Shown: positions 41,653-51,544, counted from the first letter of the stretch. The stretch is 64,000 nucleotides of DNA from Methanomassiliicoccaceae archaeon (GCA_963728405.1 CAVSJV010000002.1:192001-256000), one strand, 5' to 3'. Made by a program: numbers and translations. Notes: a model not told the origin generated them from the letters alone.

Positions 41653-42159
41653 ATGGAAAGGCAGACGGTCGTTTCCCGGTCAATTGGTGTATCGAGCTCA
41701 AAGGTGACCAACAGGCCGCGAACGGCCTTACTTAGGGGGGGCAGAGGCATTGGGGGCTTCTATGAGGCCATCATGGCCATGATGGTCGTGACAGCCGGGG
41801 TCGTCCTTCTGACCGCTTCCTTCGCCGTTCTGACCATGGATCGCGGTCAGGACGATCAGGGAACGGAAAGAAAGTGCGAGGAGGTCATGGGCAAGATGCT
41901 GAACGATCCAACGCTCATGATATCGGACCGACTGATGGACGATCGCTCCCTCTACCGCCTTGACCACGGATCGATGATGTCGAACTGGACCGGGGGTGGG
42001 AAGGTCATGTTGACCTTCCCGGACGGCAATTGTACAGTTCTTTACGACAGCAGTGGGGAGGTTGGCCAAGAGCGCGCCTGCCGCAGCGAACCGGTTAACA
42101 TATATCACAATCAAGGGGAGATTCGGGCCGCCCTTCTTACAGTGTGGGTGTGGCCATGA
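41653..42159 (+). CDS. Pilin-like protein (possible class III signal peptide; start uncertain)
   Basis: RG|IGGFYEAIMAMMVVTAGVVLL followed by a soluble domain. Confidence 0.55.
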   Translation: MERQTVVSRSIGVSSSKVTNRPRTALLRGGRGIGGFYEAIMAMMVVTAGVVLLTASFAVLTMDRGQDDQGTERKCEEVMGKMLNDPTLMISDRLMDDRSLYRLDHGSMMSNWTGGGKVMLTFPDGNCTVLYDSSGEVGQERACRSEPVNIYHNQGEIRAALLTVWVWP

Positions 42160-42602
42160 TGGGGAAGAGAGATGGTATTGCCGCGTTGTTCGACGCCCTT
42201 ATATTCCTGGCCATTGCTTCTCTCGTCTCGGTCGCCCTGTTCTCAGCCTTCAATGCCGAGGATCGGGAGCCGTGCGGGGACGAGCGGTCGAGGGTTGAGG
42301 CCGCGCATCAGGTCCTCCTCCGCTCCACTATAGAGGATAATGAGGGCAATGCCCTTTCCTTGGAAGAGCTTTTCAAACTATCTGGTCCGGAGGGATGGGT
42401 GAATAAAGAAAGGATCGAAAAGATACTGGACCTCCTGCTCCCAGGCCTGGGATGGAAGTGGACGGTGCTGTCTGGAGAGAACATGATCGATTACGGTTCA
42501 GCCCCTGTCCCCGGACCGGGGGAGCCGTTGTTCTGCTCGCTGGTGCGCGCCCCTATTAATGGTGAGGAAATGGTGTTCCGTCTAGAGGCCTGGAGCACCT
42601 AG
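42156..42602 (+). CDS. Pilin-like protein (possible class III signal peptide)
   Basis: KRDG|IAALFDALIFLAIASLVSVALF; ATGA overlap with the previous gene. Confidence 0.6.
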   Translation: MMGKRDGIAALFDALIFLAIASLVSVALFSAFNAEDREPCGDERSRVEAAHQVLLRSTIEDNEGNALSLEELFKLSGPEGWVNKERIEKILDLLLPGLGWKWTVLSGENMIDYGSAPVPGPGEPLFCSLVRAPINGEEMVFRLEAWST

Positions 42603-42958
42603 TCCTTGAGATGTATCTTTCTTTCCTCGATGATCCGCCGTGCCTCTTTGTTGGTGCGCCCCAGGTCGATGAACGCAAGGACAAAGGAGGCGATGATCAC
42701 TCCAAAAAGCAGGACCAGGAACAGCTCGTCATTGATTCCCGACATGAAACTGGCAAAAACGGCGCTGAAGTCTCGATGGGCGATATAGAGCACCAGCATG
42801 ATGCCGGCCACGATGTCCAAGGCATACATGGCCATGCCGAAGGGGGACCGGGGGACGACGATGGTGATGGCCTCGTCCTGGCAACCCTCGCAACGATCAT
42901 TCATCATAAACGTACGAGGGCTAAGCCGGTCGCATTTCGGGCAGTACTTATACCTCAT
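42599..42958 (-). CDS. Small zinc-finger plus 2-TM protein
   Basis: MRYKYCPKC...CEGC followed by two TM helices; starts 4 nt after apgM. Confidence 0.7.
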   Translation of the reverse strand: MRYKYCPKCDRLSPRTFMMNDRCEGCQDEAITIVVPRSPFGMAMYALDIVAGIMLVLYIAHRDFSAVFASFMSGINDELFLVLLFGVIIASFVLAFIDLGRTNKEARRIIEERKIHLKD

Positions 42959-42962
42959 GGCC

Positions 42963-44195
42963 TTAGGCCCCGAACTTCTCCGAGCGATCCGCTTTGTCGA
43001 CCAGGATAGGCAGCAGGTCCTTGCCTCTGATCCTTCCAATGGCTCCGAGACCGCAGGAAACCTCATCGTAGGACCTGGTTCCGTCCTTGATAGTACTTTC
43101 CGAGCAGATGCATAACGGGACAGGGTCACCGGAATGGTCCATCCTCTCCACCGGGGTGCAGTGATCGGCGGCGAAGGCTACTACACTGCCCTCCGGCAGC
43201 CCCTCCCGCAACACTTTGGCCATGCCATCTAGGCGTTCGATGACCTCTATCTTCTTCTGAGGGTCGCCGTCATGCGAGGCGATGTCCGAGGCTTTGATGT
43301 TCATCAGGACGAAGTCCCTCCGCTCCAGCTCCCTCAGGGCAGTATGGGCCTTCGACACCATGTCGGTGTCCATGCCTCCTGTGGCTCCCGGCACATCAAC
43401 TATTTCCAGCCCGCACACTCGGCAGATGCCCTTGATGAGCGAAACGCCGGCCACGCACGAGGCGGACATGCCATAGCGCTTCTCGAAAGGTTCGATGCTG
43501 GGGAAAAGACCCGCCCCCCGCGGCAACAGAATGTTTGCCGGTAGCTTTCCCTCGTTCTTCCTGCGTACGTTGACCGGATGAGGGTTCAGGATCTCATACG
43601 ACCGCTTGACGAACGCGTTCACCACTTCGGCCGTCTTTTTGGCCTGGGGCACCATAGCTTCTGACATGTGCACCCGGGCGGCTTCGTGAGGGTCAGCATC
43701 GGTCACATGGGGGTCCAATCCCTCGCCCCGCAGCAGAAGGACAGCCCGGTGCTCGGTAGCGTCCCTGACGATGGCTTCGATACCATTTATCTCCAGGCCG
43801 TCCAGCGCCTTGACCAGCTCGCCGGTGTCTGGCTCCTTGATGCGTCCGGCACGGCGGTCCAGGACGGCCATCTTGTCATCCACGGTGGCGAAGTTGCAAC
43901 GGAATGCGATGTCCCCGCTCCGACCTACCAGCCCGACTCCGGCAGCCTCGAAGGGGCCCCTTCCGGTGTAGACGGAATAGGGATCATATCCCAATAGGGC
44001 CAAATGAGACGTGTCGGACCCCGGTCGGATCCCCGGTCCGATAACGTCCATGCTACCGGTCGATCCGTTCTGGGCGAACCAGTCCAGGTTGGGCTTCTTG
44101 GCCACTTGTAGGGGGGTCCTATATCCAAGCTGCTTGACCGCACGGTCGCCCAGACCATCCATGATAACGATCAGGATCTTCTTGCCGGAATCCAT
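42963..44195 (-). CDS. apgM: 2,3-bisphosphoglycerate-independent phosphoglycerate mutase
   Basis: MDGLGD, PGSDTSHL, YTGRGPFEA, AFRCNF, DIASHDG, ADHCTP...HSGDPVP. Confidence 0.95.
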   Translation of the reverse strand: MDSGKKILIVIMDGLGDRAVKQLGYRTPLQVAKKPNLDWFAQNGSTGSMDVIGPGIRPGSDTSHLALLGYDPYSVYTGRGPFEAAGVGLVGRSGDIAFRCNFATVDDKMAVLDRRAGRIKEPDTGELVKALDGLEINGIEAIVRDATEHRAVLLLRGEGLDPHVTDADPHEAARVHMSEAMVPQAKKTAEVVNAFVKRSYEILNPHPVNVRRKNEGKLPANILLPRGAGLFPSIEPFEKRYGMSASCVAGVSLIKGICRVCGLEIVDVPGATGGMDTDMVSKAHTALRELERRDFVLMNIKASDIASHDGDPQKKIEVIERLDGMAKVLREGLPEGSVVAFAADHCTPVERMDHSGDPVPLCICSESTIKDGTRSYDEVSCGLGAIGRIRGKDLLPILVDKADRSEKFGA

Positions 44196-44251
44196 CTTAT
44201 CGATCGTGCGTTATGGCTGAACGGTATTAAAAAGTAGTATTGCCGGGGAGT

Positions 44252-44629
44252 TTAGGCCATTGACCGGGACCAGACACCCTCGGGAAGGGAATCATAGAGC
44301 CCCAGCTCGATGTTCACTTCTTCCTGTTTCGGCGCAGCATACTTCACAATGCGGTCGGTGTTCAAGGCCCAGTAGAATACCCGCCAGGTCCTTCCAGAGG
44401 GCAAAATGGCCTCTTCCCAATGGGTTGACAATATCTGCACATCCTGGAGGAAGTAGAACATCCTACGATCATCCTGGTCCAAAGCATTGTCAATTATCTC
44501 GTTCTCAAAACCGAAATAGTTCAGCACACGGAATGAGATGTCAGCAGCGACATCTTCAGTTACCTCCAACTTGTGCTTGATCGCGCGGTCTAATATCTCG
44601 TAAGTAATAATCGGTCTAATACGGCTCAT
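44252..44629 (-). CDS. Conserved Thermoplasmata protein, DUF6015-like
   Basis: VLNYFGFENEIIDNALDQDDRRMFYFLQD...GRTWRVFYW...YDSLP..VW. Confidence 0.7.
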   Translation of the reverse strand: MSRIRPIITYEILDRAIKHKLEVTEDVAADISFRVLNYFGFENEIIDNALDQDDRRMFYFLQDVQILSTHWEEAILPSGRTWRVFYWALNTDRIVKYAAPKQEEVNIELGLYDSLPEGVWSRSMA

Positions 44630-44748
44630 CTATGTTCCCGATTAATATCTGTTTGCACTACTATATGAAGATAGGTATGTGACCCTTCCGAAAGCGCGTC
44701 CTATCTCCGTATCTGGCCAGGCGGCGGAAGGGTGTCGAAGGTAAGTTC

Positions 44749-45802
44749 TCAGATGACGATGTTCCCGTCCTTCAAGATCTGTTTCTCGTCAACCCAGATG
44801 GAAGGATTCTTTACCAGGCAATCCTGATGGATGAGGGCTGGGCCGTCGTTATCATAGTTGAACCCGATGGCAAAATGGCAGGTCTTTCCTACTTTCTCAT
44901 CCTCCAGCATATTGTTGACCATCTTGGCCTTATAGTTAAGGCCGATCCCGAGCTCTCCAATATTGCGAGCGTTGCGCTCCTCATCCTTTAAACCGTTGTC
45001 CCTAGCTCTCTTTTCGCCGCTCTTGATCACGTTCAACAAAGCATCGGCATCAGGGCTGTCAGTGATATCGGAGATGTAGCCGTCCTTGAACTTCACATGG
45101 ACCGGTTCGCGGGGCTGGACGCAGCTGGGAATGAGGTCCAGAGTGCCGTCGTAGACTATGGTTCCCTTGGTCGAGCCGACCACCGGGGAGATATATACCT
45201 CGCCGCAGGGCACATTCCCGCCGGTCCCAGGAGCGCGGAAATCGCCATCATCGGAATGGGCCCGCCGCCCTTCGATGGAAATGGTAACATCAGTACCAGC
45301 CGGGGCGGTGACCCGTACCTCTTTTCCGACGTCAAGGATACTCTTCAGTTTGGCAGCATTGGCCCTCATCTCGGCATAGTCGATAACCACGCAGCGCTCG
45401 AAAGTATCCCTTGTAAGCGACGGTGACCAGAACGATCGCAGCTTCCTTTCCCCCATCAGATAATACTGGATATGATCGTATTTCTTTCCATCATGACCAA
45501 TATAGCCGTTCTTCTGTCCGAATGGGTCCTTGCCGGTCTTGTAGAAAGGAACGGAGATGAAGATGTCAGGGTTCTCTCGGATGGCCGCTAGAACGGTGTG
45601 CTCGGCGAACTGGAGGATGGTCTTCGGTTCCTGGATGAGCATCACCGGTTTACCGCCCAGGGCTTTGGTCTGATCGAAAAGTGCCTTGGAGATATCGAAG
45701 GCATCGCCCTCGAAATTGGTCGCTATCACCACTTCCTCGCCGGGCCTTAACCCCAGCACGCTCCCTCATGGCCACCAAGGCCGCCTCTTCAAGCTTGGAC
45801 AT
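44749..45802 (-). CDS. M29/leucyl aminopeptidase family; frameshift near 45760
   Basis: GTDV, NVPCGEVYISP, IGELGIGLN, EDEK, HFAIG, HQD. Confidence 0.88.
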
Positions 45803-45962
45803 GATAAGCCCCTAAAACCTATGGTCTGGCACCGGCATAAGGCTATAATAGGCTTGCGTAAAAATCGTAAGTGAGATGCCTAGAACAACGATGTGATTCT
45901 AATGGGGCGTATATGATCACGAAGTGAAAAAGAGGGAAGTAGTTTAGAGATAGAAGTTCTGC

Positions 45963-46139
45963 TTAGAACCTTCTCTCGCTGCGTGCCGGCTTGTGCTTCT
46001 GGTAGCATTCCCTGCAGTAGACCGGCCTTCCCTCAGTCGGCTTGAATGGTACCTGGGTCTCGGCTCCACAGTCGGAGCACTTGGCATTATGCATCTCACG
46101 GGGCTCATCGCGTCTATATCCGCCTCTTCTGTCATTCAT
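45963..46139 (-). CDS. CxxC-x17-CxxC domain protein, 58 aa (missed by the ORF track)
   Basis: MNDRRGGYRRDEPREMHNAKCSDCGAETQVPFKPTEGRPVYCRECYQKHKPARSERRF*. Confidence 0.9.
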   Translation of the reverse strand: MNDRRGGYRRDEPREMHNAKCSDCGAETQVPFKPTEGRPVYCRECYQKHKPARSERRF

Positions 46140-46514
46140 ACAGATTACCTATTCTATGTTCCACAAACCTTACGGCTTGTGTATGCCACTCCAATTCATT
46201 TTCGGGTATAAAATATCACCTATCGGACCAATAATAAATGGAAATTATCGTACAATTAAAGGCCGTTCCTGTCGTTTTCAAACCTATATGTGACCACATC
46301 CTTTGTCAGGATATTTGCGTATAATTGCTCACGATCTTCGCCAGAGAGAAAAGATACAGAGTCATTGGAATGGACCTCTCCACCCGTGCACCCTTGTGTC
46401 TCACCACGGTGCGCTCGGCACGTCAAAAAATGAGGATTGAACTTAACATTCTGTCGGGTAAGCAGATGGCATATGGCCAAGGTTTATATGCCATTTTAAG
46501 CATCCATCCTCCCC

Positions 46515-46754
46515 ATGAACAAGAACGTCCTGACCGTCATCGTTGTCATACTTACACCCATCATTATCCTCGGGATCCTGGCAGTGGCCGGGGCTGAGAA
46601 CTTCGAGAAGGCCAAGGAAGCCGCCGGGGACGAGCACAGTGGGGAGAACACAACCGAGACCGCAGCTATGCTAGTCCCAATTCAGACCATCAAGCTCATC
46701 AACGCTCAGACCAATGACCTGTTTGGCTCCATTTGGATGCGGGCCCTGGTCTGA
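46515..46754 (+). CDS. Small protein with N-terminal signal/TM segment
   Basis: MNKNVLTVIVVILTPIIILGILAVAG; TTTATA upstream and pyrimidine tract downstream. Confidence 0.6.
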   Translation: MNKNVLTVIVVILTPIIILGILAVAGAENFEKAKEAAGDEHSGENTTETAAMLVPIQTIKLINAQTNDLFGSIWMRALV

Positions 46755-46846
46755 AACTCTTTATCATTTTCATTCATCTTTATAAGGAAAGGTCGGAGGA
46801 CTGTCGATCACGACGCCAACAATATTGGAAAAAAGTTTGGTCGTGA

Positions 46847-47083
46847 TCAGGCTTTAGGCCGCGAGGCTTTGGGCTCGCTGGTCATGACAATTCTGACCCT
46901 CTTGCCCGGCGGCACATCGATGACGACCTCCTCCTTCATGCTCCGATCTGATACTTCTTTCTCCTTTCGGACGTTCTTGTTCATCTTGAGCATCTTCTCG
47001 CTCGGCTCGTCGAGTAGGACAATGTTAAGCCTTCTCGCCTCTTCCGATGCCGCCAATATTAGTTCTCCCAAGTTAATCACCAA
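46847..47083 (-). CDS. Small hypothetical protein
   Basis: 78-aa ORF with protein-like composition (EEVVIDVPPGKRVRIVM); U-tract after the stop. Confidence 0.55.
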   Translation of the reverse strand: MVINLGELILAASEEARRLNIVLLDEPSEKMLKMNKNVRKEKEVSDRSMKEEVVIDVPPGKRVRIVMTSEPKASRPKA

Positions 47084-47669
47084 CTAGATCTACGGACAGG
47101 ACGCCTGACAATTCTATGTCGGCTTTTCCTAGATCGAACTTGTCCCCCGCCGCCGTAGGTTCGGAGGTACTATCGCAATGCACCCTAACGCGCTCCTAAC
47201 CAAATTGTTTTCTATGCTCCGCTCGATTCCGGGTTGCTTCGTTTTTCGGTTACAGACCTCTAGTTTTGGCCCATTTCATTGTGCATAAGATGGGGTATCG
47301 AAGAATATGTCCGCTTCTGAAATATATTTAACTTTTTGCGAATGGACGATCCATTCGATAGTGAGATTAGTGTTCAAGGGCGCGTTTGCGGCCTAAAAGA
47401 GGCTCATCTTGGCTTCGGAACATCCGATGATACTGTCGACATATCGAGACCGCTCATCTAACGGCCAATAAGACAGCACCAATGCAGCGACGGGTTGTAC
47501 AATTTACAAAGGCCACGGAGCCTTAGTATCCAGTTGTCGGTATCATCGAGACCAACATTGCCAGGAAAACTGCGTCCTCGAGCCCTTCCTGAAGAGATGA
47601 AATCAGAGACAGATATATCGGCAGTAGAAATCTCAAATAATTTAACAGAGTTCAGAGTTATGTGCCCAC

Positions 47670-48407
47670 ATGGCCATGGGACAGGTGGGCAGCTGGGAGG
47701 GTCTGAGATCGAGAGTGCAAGCTCCCTGCCCAGGTTGCCCCAGGAACTCGTCTAAGGTGCCTTTGATTTTCAGCCGTCGAGGTCCATCGACCCTAGTAGA
47801 TTTCATCGTGGTCTCTCAAGAACCTGGATATTGGCTTAGGGACCTGACCACCAGCGATGCCGCCGAGCAAAAACTGCAGAAGTTATGCACGGAGCAGAAA
47901 CCGATCGATGATCTGAAGAAGGCTAACCCCCTAACGAAGGTGGTCCAGATATTCGGCAGTTTCGATCCCACGGGAAGCAGAACATACTGGACGCACGCCC
48001 TGAAATGTATTCCGGAAAAGAGCGATCGTGACATCAACAAGGAATGGAGGAAGGCGGCCACTCGGTGCGAGGAACACTTCCTGGACGAGTTGAGATCTTT
48101 GGGTAAGGGGGAACTGAATGTCTTAGCTTTCGGCAAGTTTCCCCTCGAGATGTGTCTTCACATCTTTGAAGGCCAGGACATTGACCAGGACCTCAGTATA
48201 AGTGAGTTCATGCAATCCTCAAAATTACCGATCACCTACAAGTACAAGTTTAGGGACGGGACGACCAAATTTGTAAATCTCTTCGTGTTCACCAATCCGT
48301 CCAGTGAGGTGGTGAAGATCATGAAGAGCGGGGGGAAGTTAACGGTAGAAGAGATCCAAGAGCTGGAGATCAAACGCATTAAGGAGATCTTCGATAAGCG
48401 AAAGTGA
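47670..48407 (+). CDS. Divergent uracil-DNA glycosylase superfamily protein
   Basis: CPGC, FIVVSQEPG, YWTHALKC..., CEEHFLDEL, VLAFGK, FTNPS. Confidence 0.65.
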   Translation: MAMGQVGSWEGLRSRVQAPCPGCPRNSSKVPLIFSRRGPSTLVDFIVVSQEPGYWLRDLTTSDAAEQKLQKLCTEQKPIDDLKKANPLTKVVQIFGSFDPTGSRTYWTHALKCIPEKSDRDINKEWRKAATRCEEHFLDELRSLGKGELNVLAFGKFPLEMCLHIFEGQDIDQDLSISEFMQSSKLPITYKYKFRDGTTKFVNLFVFTNPSSEVVKIMKSGGKLTVEEIQELEIKRIKEIFDKRK

Positions 48408-48628
48408 GGTCGGTATGCAGCCGTTGCGAAACAGGGTGGTTTGCGGCTCCGAGGTTCTGATCCAGAAAGAACTGATCGGATTTCCCCGAGAGGTCCTACC
48501 GACGACCATTAGCGGTATGGGGGATATCTGATGTTACCACCACAAGATATGGCATCAATATCAAATTCACATCAGGTGATGACGCAATGAACTGCACGGC
48601 CCACTGCAATCATGCCTCTACGTTGGGC

Positions 48629-48997
48629 ATGAGCGGCATGGGTACAGATTTTGACAAAGGTGTCAGGATTGGGATGAAAACGATGTCGACACCCTATGGT
48701 ATCAAGCAGGTTGAGCATTGACGGGTCACTAATGCCATAGGTGGCATCACCACAGTAATAGGTCCCTACATCGGGGCGAAGAGCCCGGCGTTGTACAAGA
48801 TGGTCACGACTACGGCCGGTGTGGTGGATCTAATCTGCGCTGGCATCTCGACCATGGTTCTGAGTGATACGAACTCGCTGATGCAAAAACGGCAATACCT
48901 GAGCTCCAAAACTCTATTGTCCCTTTCCTACCGAATAGTGATACCATTATGCAGTATAGGGCTGAATAAGGGCCGAATCCGTAGCAGGGATCGATAG
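48629..48997 (+). pseudogene. Decayed gene fragment with in-frame TGA at 48719
   Basis: KTMSTPYGIKQVEH*RVT...LYKMVTTT...MVLSDTN, a beta-rich pattern; 5' part scrambled. Confidence 0.45.
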
Positions 48998-49147
48998 TTC
49001 AAGCAATGGGATCGGGCCGCAACGGCATCAATGAATGTGATTCGGCCTGGTCATCTCTGTCCGAATTACTTTCTGCTCTCCTTTCGGCCGTCAACAATTG
49101 TCCATTGTTGTGATATTTTATTAATGAGCCGATGCAACAATATTGAT

Positions 49148-50176
49148 ATGACCTCCAAAGGGCGGTTCCTAGCGGCACTGGAACTTGAGATGCCTGATAG
49201 AGTTCCGACCATGCACATCCAGTTGGGTGGGGCCAATCATCTCCAGGACAGCACCGGAATGGCGATCCGCGAGGCATATTACGACGCAAATAAATTCGCT
49301 CGTTTATGTTTAGCGTCAATGGAATTTGGTTTTGACAATGTCATGGTCGCCTGGGGGGACCTCCTCAACGAAGCGCAGGCCTTCGGGGTCGAGCTCACTT
49401 TTCCTAACGAGAAGGATTATCCGCGGGGGACGCCGATCTCCCCCGACAAGATCGAGGGGCTCGAGGTCATCGACCCTATGGGCGATGACGTATGGGCCAC
49501 ATCATTGAGAGCAGCTAAGATCGTCAATGATAAGGTGGGGAACGAAATGGCGGTGATCGGGCAGGTCAGCGACCCCTTTACCTTGGCCGCCGCGATCCGA
49601 GGGTTCGATGGCCTGCTTATGGACGAGATCATGGAACCTGACCGTACTCATCATCTACTCAGCGTGGTCACCGATTCACTGAAAGAATACGGTAGGCTGC
49701 TCAAGGAATATGCTGGGGTTGAGATCATCTTCATAGAAGATGGAAGCGCCGACGCAGAGCAGAACATGTTCGACCTGGCCAAGGCGTTCGACATTGATTA
49801 TACCAAGCAAATGGCTGAGCTCTATCATCCCATGGGGCTGCGCTCGATCCTGAGCAATTGTGCCAAAGAGCCCTATCTGGATGCTCAGTTTGAAGCTGTC
49901 AAGCCAACCGCGGTCCACACATCGGTCGAATGGAGCGGATATGGTGATGAATTAAGTAAGCTGAGGGGCCGAGCATGCATTGCAGCTGGCCTATTGCCTC
50001 ATTTCATAGCTCGTTCCGATCCCGGAATGATACGCCAAAAAGTAAGCGAGGTGGTCCGTTCGTCGGGAGATGGCAGCGGGCTCATCATCACATCGGCTGG
50101 GGAAATACCCTTCGACGCTCCCCTCAGCAACATCAAGGCGTTGAGCGGTTCAACCGCACTGATCACGCTCCCCTGA
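49148..50176 (+). CDS. URO-D / MtaA-CmuA methyltransferase family protein
   Basis: MTSKGRFLAAL...PDRVP, EAQAFG, DPFTLA...RG, EIPFDAPLSNIKA. Confidence 0.85.
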   Translation: MTSKGRFLAALELEMPDRVPTMHIQLGGANHLQDSTGMAIREAYYDANKFARLCLASMEFGFDNVMVAWGDLLNEAQAFGVELTFPNEKDYPRGTPISPDKIEGLEVIDPMGDDVWATSLRAAKIVNDKVGNEMAVIGQVSDPFTLAAAIRGFDGLLMDEIMEPDRTHHLLSVVTDSLKEYGRLLKEYAGVEIIFIEDGSADAEQNMFDLAKAFDIDYTKQMAELYHPMGLRSILSNCAKEPYLDAQFEAVKPTAVHTSVEWSGYGDELSKLRGRACIAAGLLPHFIARSDPGMIRQKVSEVVRSSGDGSGLIITSAGEIPFDAPLSNIKALSGSTALITLP

Positions 50177-50347
50177 TGGAAATGTAGTAAGTGGGAAATA
50201 TTGAACGCAGAGGCCGGGAGAGACCAGACCTTGGCAGTCCGGTTCTAAGATATTTGGGCGTGGCCTAATATATTCTTCCTGCGACGCGCTCTGTACGATA
50301 CTAGTGAAGTTGGAGTGCATCGGACCAATGGTCCCTGGGCCGATGGC

Positions 50348-50791
50348 TCACATCAGGCCTAGCTGTCTCATCATTCCCACAAGGTCATAGAACAGTTTCT
50401 CCTCCGTGATTTCTCCGTTCCTCCAGTGGGCCACGGTACAGAATTCAATTTTGAACTTCTTGTTCGTTGGTGGGATCATTTTCCGTCAGACCCCTTCAGC
50501 GACCCCTTCATGGTACCAGTGAACTCGGCAACGGAACAAGTGTGGTCGCCCTGGGCGAAAAATATCTTGTAGGGGGTCGTTCACGATGCGATTGTCCGGA
50601 AAGGTGTGGAAAAATTCTTTCGCCCCAGCCTCATGATTCTGGCGCATCCGGGTCGGCTCCGATTGTCCCGGCCACTATGCGGAGACATCATTAGCATGGC
50701 GTTCGTTGAAAGTTGGTCAGTCCTGAGCGTTCTAAGCATCGTCCAGCGTCTTCATCAGTCGCATGTTCTCCTCCACGTTTACCTGCGTCAT
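50348..50791 (-). pseudogene. SnoaL-like ester cyclase pseudogene
   Basis: VEENMRLMKTLDDA*NAQD*PTF...*WPGQ...FPDN...CSVAEFTGTMKG...IPPTNKKFKIEFCTVAHW...FYDLVGMMRQLGL; stops at 50732, 50717 and 50675 plus two frameshifts. Confidence 0.85.
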
Positions 50792-51031
50792 AATGGAAAA
50801 AGTGAAACGCGTAGTATTTAGCCTATACACGAAAACCTGGCGGCACTCGCCTCCAGTCACACCATGTGGAAAATGCAAGGTGCATGGCGCGGTCGGAACG
50901 CACGGACCACCAACGGGGGAGGGCTCAGTGAGCTATCATATCGGGATCGAGGACTCGTTGGAGCATAATTAGCACTGATCTTGAATGAAATAAAAAAATA
51001 AGAGCGATCTCATCAATCAATGATGCCGGAG

Positions 51032-51370
51032 CTAACGCATTCCTCCTCTTTCAGGTGAGGTGATCTGCTCTATATTCTTCTGTCGAGAATCAGTGTCGGC
51101 GGGGGTTTTATGAAGCGCCCTGTCGCGGTGTTCAAGAGCTTCAAGATCAATGTTTCCCCCGCTGGGAGGTTCGATTCGGACACTTTCCTCGTCCACGGTG
51201 CTTATCATGCCCCCCTGTCGAGGTGCCTTCACAGGATCAAAGCTTTTGCGTGCCTCATCGACATCCGGTGCGGTGCGGCTGAGTGTTTTGTCCCTGAGTC
51301 GTAGCTCTTCATCAGCAAACTTGTTGACATTTGCCGTTTTCTTTTGTCCCTCGTCCATCTTTGTTTTCAC
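51032..51370 (-). CDS. Small hydrophilic protein with an internal duplicated ~35-aa motif
   Basis: LRLRDKTLSRT..D...P..GGM versus LEHRDRALHKT..D...P..GGM; TATA-like TTTATAA upstream. Confidence 0.65.
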   Translation of the reverse strand: MKTKMDEGQKKTANVNKFADEELRLRDKTLSRTAPDVDEARKSFDPVKAPRQGGMISTVDEESVRIEPPSGGNIDLEALEHRDRALHKTPADTDSRQKNIEQITSPERGGMR

Positions 51371-51544
51371 CCCTGTTACCTAATATTGACGTCAGAGTTC
51401 CATATACTTATAAACGTGTGTAAGAAAAACAATGCTGGGCATAGTCTATTACACGTTCCAAAAATGGAGCCATGTCTCCGTTGTAACATCCAAACTTCTG
51501 AAAAAGACAGCGCTAGGGCCCGAAAGATTTGCCAAAGCCTGATA

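Noticed and set aside
47090-47275. Minus-strand frame containing four in-frame TAG codons (multi-Pyl peptide?)
   Set aside because: Sequence between the ambers is not protein-like; likely chance in non-coding DNA
48719-48721. In-frame TGA codons (also 31338 and 50717) as selenocysteine
   Set aside because: They fall at probable Trp positions in genes with other lesions, not at redox Cys sites
50885-50915. Possible third tRNA-Leu scar (tggcgc...gaacgcacggaccaccaacg)
   Set aside because: Only about 15/20 matches and a large gap is needed; cannot be separated from chance by eye
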